DNA of 37,299 nt, from NCBI GenBank assembly GCA_050117845.1, contig JASFLY010000025.1, positions 1 through 37,299 on the forward strand, given 5' to 3'. The position numbers and the translations under genes were made by a program. The stretch is from Candidatus Zixiibacteriota bacterium (GTDB lineage Bacteria > RBG-13-66-14 > B26-G2 > WVWN01). Below the pieces are notes generated by a model, which did not search any database, was not told where the DNA came from, and worked only from the letters and a program-made list of their open reading frames with translations. Shown piece after piece: positions 26,843 to 37,052 of this stretch. The first letter of the stretch is position 1. Each line of letters opens with the position of its first letter.

Positions 26843-27751
26843 TTAGCCCTCCCCCCGCGGCGCCGGGACGTACTGGTGGATTCCCCATCCCAGCTTCTCC
26901 TGCAGCAGCTTGTAGAAATCCTTCTCCTCCAGACGAATCAGGCGGAGGCGCTTCTTGGCCCGGGTGACGTAGACGCGGTCCCCCTCGCCCAACGCGTAGG
27001 CCGTCTGGCCGTCCACGGTCATGACGACCTCCTCCTTGCCGCGCGTCGCGACGTCGATGCCCACCTCGAGGTTGGGCGGGATGACGAGGGGACGGACGGT
27101 CAGGGAGTGGGCGCAGATGGGCGTGAGGAGCAACAGGTCGACGCGGGGGTCGACGATGGGGCCGCCGGCCGAGAGCGAGTAGGCCGTGGAACCGGTGGGC
27201 GTCGCGGCGATAACGCCGTCGCCCCGGTACGTGAACAACCTCTCGCGGTGGATGTAGGCGTTGACGGTGACGATGCGGGAGATGGCCTTGGGGCCCATGA
27301 CGACGTCGTTGACCGCCAGGATGTCGCGCTCCACCTCGCCGCTGGCGCGGTCCAGCCGGATGGCGAGGAGCATACGGCTCTCGACCAGGAAGCGGTCCGT
27401 CAATATGGCGTCGACCGCCGCCTCCATCAGGCTGATGTCCATCTCGGACAGGAAACCGAGGCCGCCTAGGTTCACCGCCAGCACCGGGACCTCGTTGGCC
27501 GCGACCAGCCGGCCCACCGAAAGAAGCGTCCCGTCGCCGCCGAAGGATATCACGAGGTCGCACGCGTCGCCCATCTCGTGAATGGCGACGCGGTCGCCCT
27601 TCAGGTTTCCCCATACCGCCGTGCGTTCTTCTATGACGTAACGCTGGCCCCGTTTGCGCAGGGCCTCCAGGCAAGAGGAGACGCCGTCGACGGCATCCTT
27701 TTGTTTCCAGTTGGCTACGATGCCGAAGATGTAACTCTCGGTAGCTGCCAT
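26843..27751 (-). CDS. nadK: NAD(+) kinase
   Basis: GGDGT, VNLGGLGFL, AVND, DGVIAATPTGSTAYSLSAGG. Confidence 0.95.
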   Translation of the reverse strand: MAATESYIFGIVANWKQKDAVDGVSSCLEALRKRGQRYVIEERTAVWGNLKGDRVAIHEMGDACDLVISFGGDGTLLSVGRLVAANEVPVLAVNLGGLGFLSEMDISLMEAAVDAILTDRFLVESRMLLAIRLDRASGEVERDILAVNDVVMGPKAISRIVTVNAYIHRERLFTYRGDGVIAATPTGSTAYSLSAGGPIVDPRVDLLLLTPICAHSLTVRPLVIPPNLEVGIDVATRGKEEVVMTVDGQTAYALGEGDRVYVTRAKKRLRLIRLEEKDFYKLLQEKLGWGIHQYVPAPRGEG

Positions 27752-27763
27752 ACTATCCCGATA

Positions 27764-30700
27764 TCATCGACCCGCCCGGATCGACCGCAAGAGCTGTTGC
27801 GACTGGTCGAGGTACGAGCGTCCCTTTTCGAGGTCGCCGGTCTTATTGTACAGAAGGCCCAGGGCGTTAAGCGTTTCGGCCACGCGTAGTTGCGCTCCCA
27901 CCGTCTTGTACAGCTCGAGCGCTTCCTCGTACTTGGTGAGGGCCTCCTTGAGCTGCTGCGTGTTCTCCTTAACCTGGCCGATGTAGAAGGTTGAGTCGGC
28001 CCGGCCGCGGTCGCTCTTGAGCCCCTGGTAGATGGACATGGCCTCGTTGAACTTCGCCTCGGCGGCGTCGAACTTGCCGAAGCCGGCGTCCACCAGGCCC
28101 TGCTTGTTGGCGGCGAGCGCCGTGTTCTCCTTGTCGTCGACCTTGGTGTAAGTCGCGTACGCGTTCTTGTAGGCCGCGCCCGCCTCCGCCAGCGACCCGG
28201 CGCCGAATTCGGCGTCGCCCAATCGCAGGTAGCAGTAAGCCAGATCGGCCTCGTACTTCTTTAGGGGTTTGTAGGCCTCGACGGCCTCGCTGTAACTCGA
28301 CTTCGCCTTGTCGTACTGCAGCTGGGCGATGTTTACGTCGCCGGCTTTGCGCATACAGCGGGCCTGGCCCTCCTCGTCCTCGGCCCCGGCGAAGGCCTGT
28401 TTCGCCTTGTTGTACGCCCCGTCGGCCTCGGCGTATTCCTTCAACGCCTCGTAGTACGTGCCGGCGTCGTAGTTCGTCTCGCCTATCTCTCTCTGGTTCT
28501 TGGCCTCGGTCAACAGCGGCAGGGCGTCGTCGCAGTACTTGAGCGCGCTGCGGTAGTTCTCCTGCGCGCCGAGCGACCGGCCTATCATCCGGAGGGCCAC
28601 GCCCTCCTCGTTCTTGTTCTCGGCCCGGCGCCAGATGCGGAGCGCCTCGGTAAGCGCCTTGTTCGACTCTTTATACTCGCCGAGCGTGTAATTGACCGCG
28701 CCCAGGTAAGTGAGCGAATGGGCTATCTCCTCCTGGTTGCGGAGTTCGCGCCAGAGCGCCAGCGCCTCGGTGTGGCTCGTCTTGGCCGCCTCCGTCTCGC
28801 CGAGGCGGGCCTGGACCGAGCCGAGGTGGTCGAGCGAGGCCGCGACGCCGGCCTTGTCGTCCAGCGAGCGGTAGGCCCCGAGCGCCTCGTTGAACATATT
28901 CTTGGCGGTCGTGTAGTAGCTGGTGTCCTCCTCGGCCACGCGCGGGCTTATCTTCGAAACGCCTATAAGCTCGTTGGTGAAGCCGAGGTGGTTTTTAATC
29001 TCCGCGGTGAAGCCCTTGTCGGAGAGGGGCGCCGCGGTGTCGAGGGCCGTGCTGAAGTTCTTCTCGGCGGCGGACAGTTCGCCCTCGCGGAGCGAAAGCT
29101 GTCCCAGGTCGACGTAGAGGCGGGCGACCGCGGGCATGTTCTCGATTTTCTTCTGGACGCTGATGGCTTCGCCCAACGTCTTGGCCGCCACGTCGTACTG
29201 GCCGAGTTCGGTTTGCGAGAGGCCCTTCGCCCGGAGCGTATCGCCCTCGGCCATGGGCCGGAGCGTCGCCCGGAAGACCTCGAGCGCGTTGTCGTACCGC
29301 TGGACCGCGCCGGCGTAGTCTCCCTGCGCCGCGAGCGTGAGGCCGAGCTGGTAATAGAAGTCGCCCTTGCCGGCGGAAATCTTCCCGCTCTTGTATATGG
29401 CCTCGGCGTCGGTGAAGTACTTGCCGGCCGTGGCCGTGTCCCCCTGCGCCAGGAAGACCTCGCCCAGGCCCACGAGGGCCTGCGCCTTGCCGGCCTCGTC
29501 GCCCAGGGCGTTGAAGATGCGGAGCGCCTCGTTGAACTCCCGGGCCGCCGTGCGGATGTCGCCGGAGGCGAGGCGGGCCTGCGCCAACTGCCGCTGGGAC
29601 TCGCCGATGCCGGCCTGGTCGTGGAGCTCGCGGTAGGTCTCGAGGGCCTGGGAGTGGGCGGCGAGCGCGGCCTCGGCGTTGCCCTTACGCCGTTCCGCCC
29701 GGCCGAGCGCGTTCAACGCCATGGCGACGTACATCTTCTCGCCGGCCTTCTCGGCCAGGGCCTGCGCCTTCTTGGCGTCCTCTATCGCCTTGTCGAACAG
29801 CAGTTCGGCCTCGAACAGCGTCGAACGCCGGATGAGTACGCGGCTCTGGCCTATGTCGTCGCCGGCGGCGGTGTAGAACTGGAGGCCTAACTCGAAGTTC
29901 TTCTCGGCGCTCTTGTAGTCGTAGCCGTCGTAGGCGATTATGCCCATCTGGAGTTCACAGTAGCCCTGGCCGGCGTTGTCCTCAAGTTTTTTGTAGACGG
30001 ACTCGGCCTTCTTGTAACTATCCAACGCCCCGTCGGCGTTGCCGCCGCCGTACTGGACGCGGCCCAGATCGACTCCGGCCACGGCCGTCATGGCATCGTC
30101 CTTGGTGGTCGCGAAGCCGTCGACGGCCGCCTGGAACTCGGTCTGCGCCTGATTGAGGTTACCCTGCTTCTCGTAGGTGGCGCCGAGGCGGTGATGCGCC
30201 CGGGCCGCCCAGTGGTCCTCGCCCTCGGCGGAGAAGCCGGTCAGCGCCGCCTTGTACGCCGCCAGCGCCTCGTCGTAGGTCTCCTTGGTCTCGTTGGCCT
30301 CGCCGATGTAGTACTGCGTCTCGGCCACGCCCATCTTGTCCTGAACCTGCTGGTAGGTCGCGAGGGCGTCGTTGTGGTACTTGAGGCCGCTATCGGCCTG
30401 ATTCAACGCGACGTATACCCGGCCTATCCAGTTCATCGCGAGGGCGGTGCCCTTCTCCAGGTTCATCGTCCGGTAGATGCGGAGCGATTCGCTGAAGGAG
30501 CGGATGGCCTCTTTATGCATGCCCTGTTCGAACTGAATCGCGCCGACGTCGATGCCGACGTCCGCGGAGCGCTTCTGATTGCGGGCGGTCCGGAAAAGTT
30601 CCAGCGCGGCCTCGAAATCCTTGAGCGCCTCGTCGTCCTTGCCCTGGGCCCGGAGGCCCTGGGCCCGGCCGTTCGTCGCTTCCGCCTGGCCGCTCGTGTC

Positions 30701-33196
30701 GCCGAGGGACGTATAGGTGCTCAACGCCTCGCCGAAGGCCTGGTTCGCGAAGTCGAACTCGCCCAGCGCGAGGTGGGCCTGGCCCTTGTAGACCAGCGTC
30801 TCGGCTATCTCGGCCTTGGTGTTGGCCGTGCGCTCGTACTCCAGCGCCTTCTCGAATTGGGCCAGCGCCTTCTTGTTGTCGCCGGCGGCGACGAACGCCA
30901 CGCCCATCCGGTTGTAGACCGAGGGCACGTCCTTGGTGTTCCCGGCCTTGTTCATCGCGCTCAGCGCGACCTTGTAATCCTCCTGGGCGCCGTCGTAGTT
31001 CTCCTGGTTGTATTTAACGTCGCCGAGCGCCGCGGCCGCGGCCCCTTCGCCCGCCGGGTCCTTGATGGTCCGGTAGATGTTCAGGGCCTCGGAGAACTTG
31101 CCCAGGGCGCTGGGGAAGTCGCGCTTGGCCATATGGGCCGCGCCCAGGTTCATCAACGTCTCGCCCTTGCCGGACTGGTCGTTGATGGCGGTGTAGGCCG
31201 CGAGGGCGTCGTCGAAGTAGTGGAGCGCGGTGTCGTAATCCTCTTTCGCGACGTAGGTCAGGCCCAGGTCGTTCTCCACCTCGGCCACGCCCAGCTTGTA
31301 ATCCTGGGCCCGGTTGATGCGGAGCGACTCGTCGAAGTAGCGGGCGGCGGAGTTGTAGTCACCCTTGGCGTAGTGCATCCGGCCCACGTTGGCCATCGTC
31401 TGCGCCACGCCGAGCTCGTTCTGGAGGAGGCGGTTGGTCGCCAGCGCCTCGTTGAACGAATTGTTGGCCTTCTCGAAATCGCCCTGGGCGGTGTTGACCT
31501 TACCCACGGAATTCAGGGCCAGCGCCACGTTGGTACGGTCCTCGGCCGAGCGGAAGGTCGCGAGCGCCCCCTCGTAACTCGAGAGCGCCGCGCCGTAGTC
31601 GCCGCGGTCGAACTTGATATCGCCGACGTTCATCTGAGCGAGGGCCTTGCCGGTCTCGTCACCCTCACGGCCGTAGTTCTGGGAGGACGATTCGAAGAGG
31701 CTGAGCGCCTCGTCCTGTTCGCCCAGCATCTGGAGGACGATGCCGAGGTCGCGCTGAACGCCCGCCACCTCGCGCGTCATGGCCTCGCCCTCGTAAATCG
31801 AGAGCGCCCGCTCGAGCGACTTCTGCGCTTCGACGAGCTGGCCCTGGCGCTGTTGGATGGTCCCTATCTCCCAGGTGACCTTCGCGAGCCGCGCATTGTC
31901 CTTGAGCGACTTGACGATTTCCAGCGCCTCTTCGTACTGGGACTGGGCCTTGGGGTAATCACCGGTGGTCTTGTATACCCGGGCCACGGCGATCATCGTA
32001 TCGGCCACGTTGCCCTTGTGGCCGAGGCTCTGCCGGATACGGAGCGCCTCGTTATAGGAATCGAGGGCGGATTTGTAGTCGGCCTGCATCTCGTACGCGT
32101 AGCCGACGTTATGCGCCGCGTCGGCCTGGCCGGTCTGGTTGTTTATCTCGCGGTACTGCGCGATGGCGTCGTTGTAGTAAATGGCGGCCTTGCGGTAATT
32201 CTTCATCGCATGGGTGTAAACGAGGCCCATGGAGTTCAGGATTTCGGCCGTCCCCTCCCAGTCGCCGAGGCGCCGCGTGATGGACAGCGCCTGCTCGTAG
32301 TAGCGGAGCGAGTTGGCGGCGTCGCCCTGGGCGCGGAGGGCGTCCGCGTTGTACTTAAGGCAGCGGGCGATGCCGTCCTGTTTCCCGAGTTTGGTATAGA
32401 GCTCGCGGGACTTCTCGAACTGCGTCTGGGCGCCGTTGTAGTCCTTCTTTTCGAGGTACACCCGGCCTATGAGCATCTCGCCCTCGGCCTCGCCCTCGGC
32501 CTCGCCGACCTTGGTGTAAATCGACAGGCCCTTGCGGAAGTAATCGAGGGCCCGGTCGACCTCGCCCTGGTCGAGGATTATCTGGCCGGCCTCGAGGTAC
32601 ATCCGGCCCTTCATCTTCTCGTCCGCGGCGCCGGCGTACTTCGCGGTGGCCTCGTCGTAGGCCTTGAGCGCAAGGTCGTACTCGCCCCGGGCGAAGTAGA
32701 TGGAGCCGATGGCCGCCTGGGCCCGCGCCTGGCCGGTGACGTCGCTGGCCTTCTTGTAGAGGTTGTACGACTCCTCGAAGTAGGTCAGCGCCTGGTCGTA
32801 GGACTCCTTGGCCTGATAGGTGGAGCCCAGGTTCTTGTTGACCAGCGCCATGCCGGCGTTGTCCTTGAGCGCGGTGAAGTCGTTCAGGGCCTTCGTATAA
32901 TAGGTGACGGCGGTGTCGTACTCGCCCTGGACCTCGTAGACCGAGCCGAGGATGTTGTTGGTCCGGGCCACGCCCTCGACGTCGCCGATGGAGTCGAAGT
33001 AGTCGAGCGCCTCCTCGAACACGGCGATGGCGCGGGCGAACTTGCTCGACTCGAAGAGCTTCATGCCCTCCTCGAAGGATTCGAGCGCCCGGTTGCGGGT
33101 TTCAGCTTCGGACTGGCCCAGGGCCGGCCCGGCGGCCGTAGCCGCCAAAAGCGCGGCCGCCAGTACGCATAGTTTCACTACCTTCGCTGCCTTCAT
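27764..33196 (-). CDS. Giant secreted tetratricopeptide-repeat protein (1810 aa)
   Basis: Signal peptide followed by continuous ~40-aa TPR-like repeats to the C-terminus. Confidence 0.9.
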   Translation of the reverse strand: MKAAKVVKLCVLAAALLAATAAGPALGQSEAETRNRALESFEEGMKLFESSKFARAIAVFEEALDYFDSIGDVEGVARTNNILGSVYEVQGEYDTAVTYYTKALNDFTALKDNAGMALVNKNLGSTYQAKESYDQALTYFEESYNLYKKASDVTGQARAQAAIGSIYFARGEYDLALKAYDEATAKYAGAADEKMKGRMYLEAGQIILDQGEVDRALDYFRKGLSIYTKVGEAEGEAEGEMLIGRVYLEKKDYNGAQTQFEKSRELYTKLGKQDGIARCLKYNADALRAQGDAANSLRYYEQALSITRRLGDWEGTAEILNSMGLVYTHAMKNYRKAAIYYNDAIAQYREINNQTGQADAAHNVGYAYEMQADYKSALDSYNEALRIRQSLGHKGNVADTMIAVARVYKTTGDYPKAQSQYEEALEIVKSLKDNARLAKVTWEIGTIQQRQGQLVEAQKSLERALSIYEGEAMTREVAGVQRDLGIVLQMLGEQDEALSLFESSSQNYGREGDETGKALAQMNVGDIKFDRGDYGAALSSYEGALATFRSAEDRTNVALALNSVGKVNTAQGDFEKANNSFNEALATNRLLQNELGVAQTMANVGRMHYAKGDYNSAARYFDESLRINRAQDYKLGVAEVENDLGLTYVAKEDYDTALHYFDDALAAYTAINDQSGKGETLMNLGAAHMAKRDFPSALGKFSEALNIYRTIKDPAGEGAAAAALGDVKYNQENYDGAQEDYKVALSAMNKAGNTKDVPSVYNRMGVAFVAAGDNKKALAQFEKALEYERTANTKAEIAETLVYKGQAHLALGEFDFANQAFGEALSTYTSLGDTSGQAEATNGRAQGLRAQGKDDEALKDFEAALELFRTARNQKRSADVGIDVGAIQFEQGMHKEAIRSFSESLRIYRTMNLEKGTALAMNWIGRVYVALNQADSGLKYHNDALATYQQVQDKMGVAETQYYIGEANETKETYDEALAAYKAALTGFSAEGEDHWAARAHHRLGATYEKQGNLNQAQTEFQAAVDGFATTKDDAMTAVAGVDLGRVQYGGGNADGALDSYKKAESVYKKLEDNAGQGYCELQMGIIAYDGYDYKSAEKNFELGLQFYTAAGDDIGQSRVLIRRSTLFEAELLFDKAIEDAKKAQALAEKAGEKMYVAMALNALGRAERRKGNAEAALAAHSQALETYRELHDQAGIGESQRQLAQARLASGDIRTAAREFNEALRIFNALGDEAGKAQALVGLGEVFLAQGDTATAGKYFTDAEAIYKSGKISAGKGDFYYQLGLTLAAQGDYAGAVQRYDNALEVFRATLRPMAEGDTLRAKGLSQTELGQYDVAAKTLGEAISVQKKIENMPAVARLYVDLGQLSLREGELSAAEKNFSTALDTAAPLSDKGFTAEIKNHLGFTNELIGVSKISPRVAEEDTSYYTTAKNMFNEALGAYRSLDDKAGVAASLDHLGSVQARLGETEAAKTSHTEALALWRELRNQEEIAHSLTYLGAVNYTLGEYKESNKALTEALRIWRRAENKNEEGVALRMIGRSLGAQENYRSALKYCDDALPLLTEAKNQREIGETNYDAGTYYEALKEYAEADGAYNKAKQAFAGAEDEEGQARCMRKAGDVNIAQLQYDKAKSSYSEAVEAYKPLKKYEADLAYCYLRLGDAEFGAGSLAEAGAAYKNAYATYTKVDDKENTALAANKQGLVDAGFGKFDAAEAKFNEAMSIYQGLKSDRGRADSTFYIGQVKENTQQLKEALTKYEEALELYKTVGAQLRVAETLNALGLLYNKTGDLEKGRSYLDQSQQLLRSIRAGR

Positions 33197-33261
33197 AATC
33201 GCCCTCTTAGGTTATCGGCTGCGATGAGTTTACGAATTTACTATACTCCACGTAATTAAAA

Positions 33262-33290
33262 AGGTTAACAGAGGGGGTAGGCGTTGTCAA
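33262..33290 (-). promoter_or_regulatory. Sigma70 promoter for the TPR-nadK unit
   Basis: TTGACA (33290-33285), 17-bp spacer, TAACCT (33267-33262) with extended -10 TG. Confidence 0.7.
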
Positions 33291-33380
33291 GGTAATACTG
33301 AATAAATCCGGTTCCGAAGTGTCATTAAAGCCAAGGGGAAAGGGGGCCGAACTGAAAGCCGTTCGGGAGGTTCATTCGGA

Positions 33381-33459
33381 TGGGGCCGACGTTCCCGCCG
33401 GCCGTCACAAGTGGCGTCGGATGTTACCCTTATTAGTGGGGCCGGCATTCCTGCCGGCC
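33381..33459. repeat. Two REP-like palindromic copies
   Basis: TGGGGCCGACGTTCCCGCCGGCC (33381-33403) and TGGGGCCGGCATTCCTGCCGGCC (33437-33459). Confidence 0.55.
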
Positions 33460-33462
33460 AGG

Positions 33463-33496
33463 AAAAAGCCGCCCCGGAGGGGAGGGGGGGCGGCTT
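33463..33496 (-). terminator. Intrinsic terminator downstream of 33519-35810
   Basis: Minus strand GCCGCCCC...GGGGCGGC followed by TTTTT. Confidence 0.7.
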
Positions 33497-33518
33497 AAAT
33501 ATCGAGTTCAGCTTAACG

Positions 33519-35810
33519 TTACCGGGCGACGACCACCTTGCCGGCCGTGACCATACCGGCGGCCTCGAGGCGATAGACGTAAACGCCCGTCGGGACGTCG
33601 GCGTTCCACTCGGCGCTGTATTCGCCGGCGGGATAGCGGCCTTCGGCGAGGGTGGCGACGCGGCGGCCCGATATGTCGTAGACCGCCAGCCGGACCTTGC
33701 CCGCCTCCTTCACCGCGAAGGATATTGACGTCGTGGGGCCGGTCACCGGGTTGGGATAACAGGCCACCGGGGGCCGGGCCGCGGTTCCCGCCGGAACGCC
33801 GCCGGCGCCGTACGGAGAAGCGGCCGAACCGGCCTCAATCTCGTCGCCGCCAAAACCGCCGGGGGACGTCAGGGCGGGGTCGCCCATGGGCGGCAGGTCG
33901 GCGCCGGGTTCCCCGAGTTCGTTGCCGCCGGGCCTCGACGCCACGTCCGGCGCGCGGTAATCGCCGGCGCCCGGGGAAGGCCGGAAGGCAAGGTCGGGGG
34001 GCGAGGCAGGACCGCCCTTATCGGCCGTCCGGTCGTCTATCGGCTTTCCGCCGCTATCGCCGCCCGGGGCCGTCAAGTAACTGTGGAAATCGAGGAAGCA
34101 GCCGCCATCTTTACATATCGTCGGCGTGGGATCCGGACTATTAGAACCGCCATTTCCCCCGCCCGGAGCCACGTACGCGAAGGTATACTCGCCCGCGCCC
34201 GTCTCGTCGCCTCCGACGAAGTTCGGTATACGGGCTACTTTTTTATCGACTACGTACCTTACGGGGGCGCCGTTGTTGTATGAGACGTCGAGCCAACCGC
34301 CGCCGTTTACAGCGTCCATTACGACCGCGAATACCTCGTCGTCTTCGTAGGCGTCATCCGAATCTACGCTGAAAGTAGTGGCATTGGCCAACGATTCCCA
34401 ATAGTAAATGCCGCCTGAGTATTGTTCCTCGAAGTATTCGGCCTTTACGCGGAACATGCTATCGTCGTCATACAGCGTCGGGTACCAATACGCGTAACCG
34501 TCGTCAAGGCTGGAGAGCTGGGCGTAATCGCCGACCGTCCCGTCCCAGTCGTACTTTGTAACCTCGAGCTTCTCGTCGGCGCCTTCGACGTCTACCGCCG
34601 CCTCGCACGGTTCGCCGTTATACTCGTACCGCCTGTAATTGAATACCTCGACCTTCGATTTGTAAATGATGGGAACGCAGACGTTTATGTTCCCGCCGTT
34701 GATATTTTGAAGGATAGGCTGCGCGTCGAACCAATCGGCGAACGTCAGTTCCTCTATCGCACCGCCGTCGTAGTTTTGGATAGCGGCCCAGTACAGGTTA
34801 TCGTACGTCGGCTTGTCGGGCCAGGTCGTCCGCCACAGCTTACACAACTCGGCGTTGAAGTCCTTGATAAAATCCGGGTCGTGATGCAGGACTTTCCACC
34901 AGCAGTACCCGCAAGCCCCGTAGCGATAACGCCGTATTCTGTCGTTTACCATCGACCAGTCCGAATCGAAACTGGCCAGGTTCGTAGCCATGCCCTGAAC
35001 GTTGAAGTTCTCGAAGTACGTGTAATACGGCCTTTCGTATTCCCACTGCCCGGGCAACTTCTCGTAGTGGCCCAGGTCGTTGAAGTACGTCTCGTGGCCG
35101 TCACGGTAAAGGCGGGCCTGGATCTCGAGCCAGGCGGCGTGCACGGTCCCCGCGCCGAAATGGTCCCACGTAGCAGGCCAGGGCCCCCGGAACGCATGCA
35201 GCATGAGCCGCGTCGAGTACGCCCGGTCGGTATCGATTTCGACCTCGTGAGCGTAAGGGTCCCCGGCGCGCCAATTTTTTAAATATATCTCCTCAATCGA
35301 CACGAGATAATAACCATCGTCCGGGGCATTCGAGTCGAGGTTAATTGTCACGTCGCGTTCAATTACCGGCGGGACGTACCCGGTGTCGTAGGCGTAGGCC
35401 GGGCCGAAGACGTCGGTATAGGCCAGGCCGTAAACGCCGGCGTAGTCGGGCTCGCCGACCTGGTGAAGATGATACCACACGTCGTTCCACTGGCCGTCAG
35501 TAAACCCGGAACCGCGGTAGAAATGGACGTGCCCCGTCGTCGGCTTCGACGCGACGTCCGTACCCTCGCCCTCGTCGAAGCGACGGGCCACCGGCTTGCC
35601 GTTTTTGGTGAAGATGACGACCCGGCAGGTATGGGCGTTGTTAAGTTTCCCCAATTCCTCCCGGGCGAAGTCCCGCAACGCCGTCAGGTCGGCGTCCGTC
35701 GGATGTTCGACCATATCGGCGTCGTAGGCCGGCGGCAGCTCAAGGTATAAAACGCCGCCGTACGCGGCCGAGGCCACAAGCAAAACCACTCCCAAGATGA
35801 TACTCCGCAT
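33519..35810 (-). CDS. Secreted protein with T9SS type-A-like C-terminal sorting domain
   Basis: Signal peptide, Pro/Gly linker, and a C-terminal YPNP...VRLAVYDISGRRV...GVYVYRL domain. RBS GGAGGAAGGA. Confidence 0.85.
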   Translation of the reverse strand: MRSIILGVVLLVASAAYGGVLYLELPPAYDADMVEHPTDADLTALRDFAREELGKLNNAHTCRVVIFTKNGKPVARRFDEGEGTDVASKPTTGHVHFYRGSGFTDGQWNDVWYHLHQVGEPDYAGVYGLAYTDVFGPAYAYDTGYVPPVIERDVTINLDSNAPDDGYYLVSIEEIYLKNWRAGDPYAHEVEIDTDRAYSTRLMLHAFRGPWPATWDHFGAGTVHAAWLEIQARLYRDGHETYFNDLGHYEKLPGQWEYERPYYTYFENFNVQGMATNLASFDSDWSMVNDRIRRYRYGACGYCWWKVLHHDPDFIKDFNAELCKLWRTTWPDKPTYDNLYWAAIQNYDGGAIEELTFADWFDAQPILQNINGGNINVCVPIIYKSKVEVFNYRRYEYNGEPCEAAVDVEGADEKLEVTKYDWDGTVGDYAQLSSLDDGYAYWYPTLYDDDSMFRVKAEYFEEQYSGGIYYWESLANATTFSVDSDDAYEDDEVFAVVMDAVNGGGWLDVSYNNGAPVRYVVDKKVARIPNFVGGDETGAGEYTFAYVAPGGGNGGSNSPDPTPTICKDGGCFLDFHSYLTAPGGDSGGKPIDDRTADKGGPASPPDLAFRPSPGAGDYRAPDVASRPGGNELGEPGADLPPMGDPALTSPGGFGGDEIEAGSAASPYGAGGVPAGTAARPPVACYPNPVTGPTTSISFAVKEAGKVRLAVYDISGRRVATLAEGRYPAGEYSAEWNADVPTGVYVYRLEAAGMVTAGKVVVAR

Positions 35811-35831
35811 ATCCTTCCTCCTACGTTTGGG

Positions 35832-36821
35832 TTAATTGAACCCTGTGAAATGATAAATATCTCCCGAATTAGACCCGGCCCAGATGTCGTTCGGGCCGAC
35901 GCACTCCACACACCAAAACACCGCCGGCGGGGCCGACGTTCTAAACCAATCACCCCCTTCGTATACAGCCGCGCTATCGCCGACGGCACAACCGTATTTA
36001 GAATCATAGAAGTCTATATCCCGAATATCCCGGTCGAATATATCGCCGTACTCTTCCCATTCCCGGCCGTCGTAGTGAAACATCAACGGCGGGTCTCCAC
36101 CCCTTTCTTTGTATAATCCAGCCCACCCGGAATCCTTTTCGTTGAACGCAATCGACGTAAAACCTTCAAACGATTCACCCTCGGCGACCCGCGTCCACGT
36201 TATACCATCCCAATGCCAAACGGACCCGTAAGAAACGGCCCAACCGTCGGTTTCACTTAAAAAGAAGCAGTCTTCGACGATAACGTTGATGTCGACCTTT
36301 TCCCATGTGCCGTTCACGTAGTGTAGCGCTCCATAACCCAACGCCCATCCGTCGCCGTTATCGTTAAACCAAACCGTCCCCAACCATCCCATATCCGGAT
36401 GTTCGACAGGTGTGAACGTATCTCCGTCGAAATACCAAATCATACTATGCCGGATCTTACGCCCCCCCCCTCTCGGGTCGGGTACTATCTCGATCCCTAC
36501 AAACCAACCTTCGTTCTCGTTCAACATTTGGAAATCGGCGAAACCGTAGTCGGATAGCGGATCGGGGTGGACGATCTTTTTATACCCATACCACTCTTTG
36601 CCGTTGAACCTTAAAAGGTACTTCCCGGCAATCGCCCATCCGTCGTTCTTGCTTAAGAACTGTATTTCACCTACCGACGCTTCGATACCCGCCGGCGTTT
36701 TCACAATTCGCCACGGGCCGCCGTAAAGTTCGCGTACCTCCTCGTCTTCGCAACTCGCCGGCAAAAACGCCGCGATAAAAAGAACCACGCAACTGCAGTA
36801 TCGAAGTATTTGTTTTATCAT
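35832..36821 (-). CDS. Trp-rich repeat lipoprotein (beta-propeller-like)
   Basis: MIKQILRYCSCVVLFIAAFLPAS-CEDEE lipobox-like start after GGAGG, and repeated GWA...(F/Y/W)DG..W blades. Confidence 0.75.
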   Translation of the reverse strand: MIKQILRYCSCVVLFIAAFLPASCEDEEVRELYGGPWRIVKTPAGIEASVGEIQFLSKNDGWAIAGKYLLRFNGKEWYGYKKIVHPDPLSDYGFADFQMLNENEGWFVGIEIVPDPRGGGRKIRHSMIWYFDGDTFTPVEHPDMGWLGTVWFNDNGDGWALGYGALHYVNGTWEKVDINVIVEDCFFLSETDGWAVSYGSVWHWDGITWTRVAEGESFEGFTSIAFNEKDSGWAGLYKERGGDPPLMFHYDGREWEEYGDIFDRDIRDIDFYDSKYGCAVGDSAAVYEGGDWFRTSAPPAVFWCVECVGPNDIWAGSNSGDIYHFTGFN

Positions 36822-36872
36822 ATATAAAACCTCCGCGTAATTATGCAACTACGATTCGTTTCTGTCAACTAG

Positions 36873-37028
36873 TTATTTTAACGCTCCGTCCCGCAACGCC
36901 GTGAGGTCGGCGTCAGTCGGGTGTTCGACCACGTCGGCGTCGTAGGCCGGCGGCAGCTCGAGGTATAAAACGCCGCCGTACGCGGCCGAGGCCACAAGCA
37001 AAACCACTCCCAAGATGATACTCCGCAT
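36873..37028 (-). pseudogene. 51-aa N-terminal stub of the 33519-35810 gene
   Basis: MRSIILGVVLLVASAAYGGVLYLELPPAYDADVVEHPTDADLTALRD-GALK*. 46 of the first 47 aa match the full-length gene. Confidence 0.8.
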
Positions 37029-37052
37029 ATCCTTCCTCCTACGTTTGGGTTA

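Noticed and set aside
30191..33172. Long antisense or alternate-frame ORFs (also 22417-24771, 4891-6465, 8112-9506, 24168-26186 and others)
   Set aside because: They are shadows of GC-rich real genes, with no motifs and biased Arg/Gly/Pro/Val composition.
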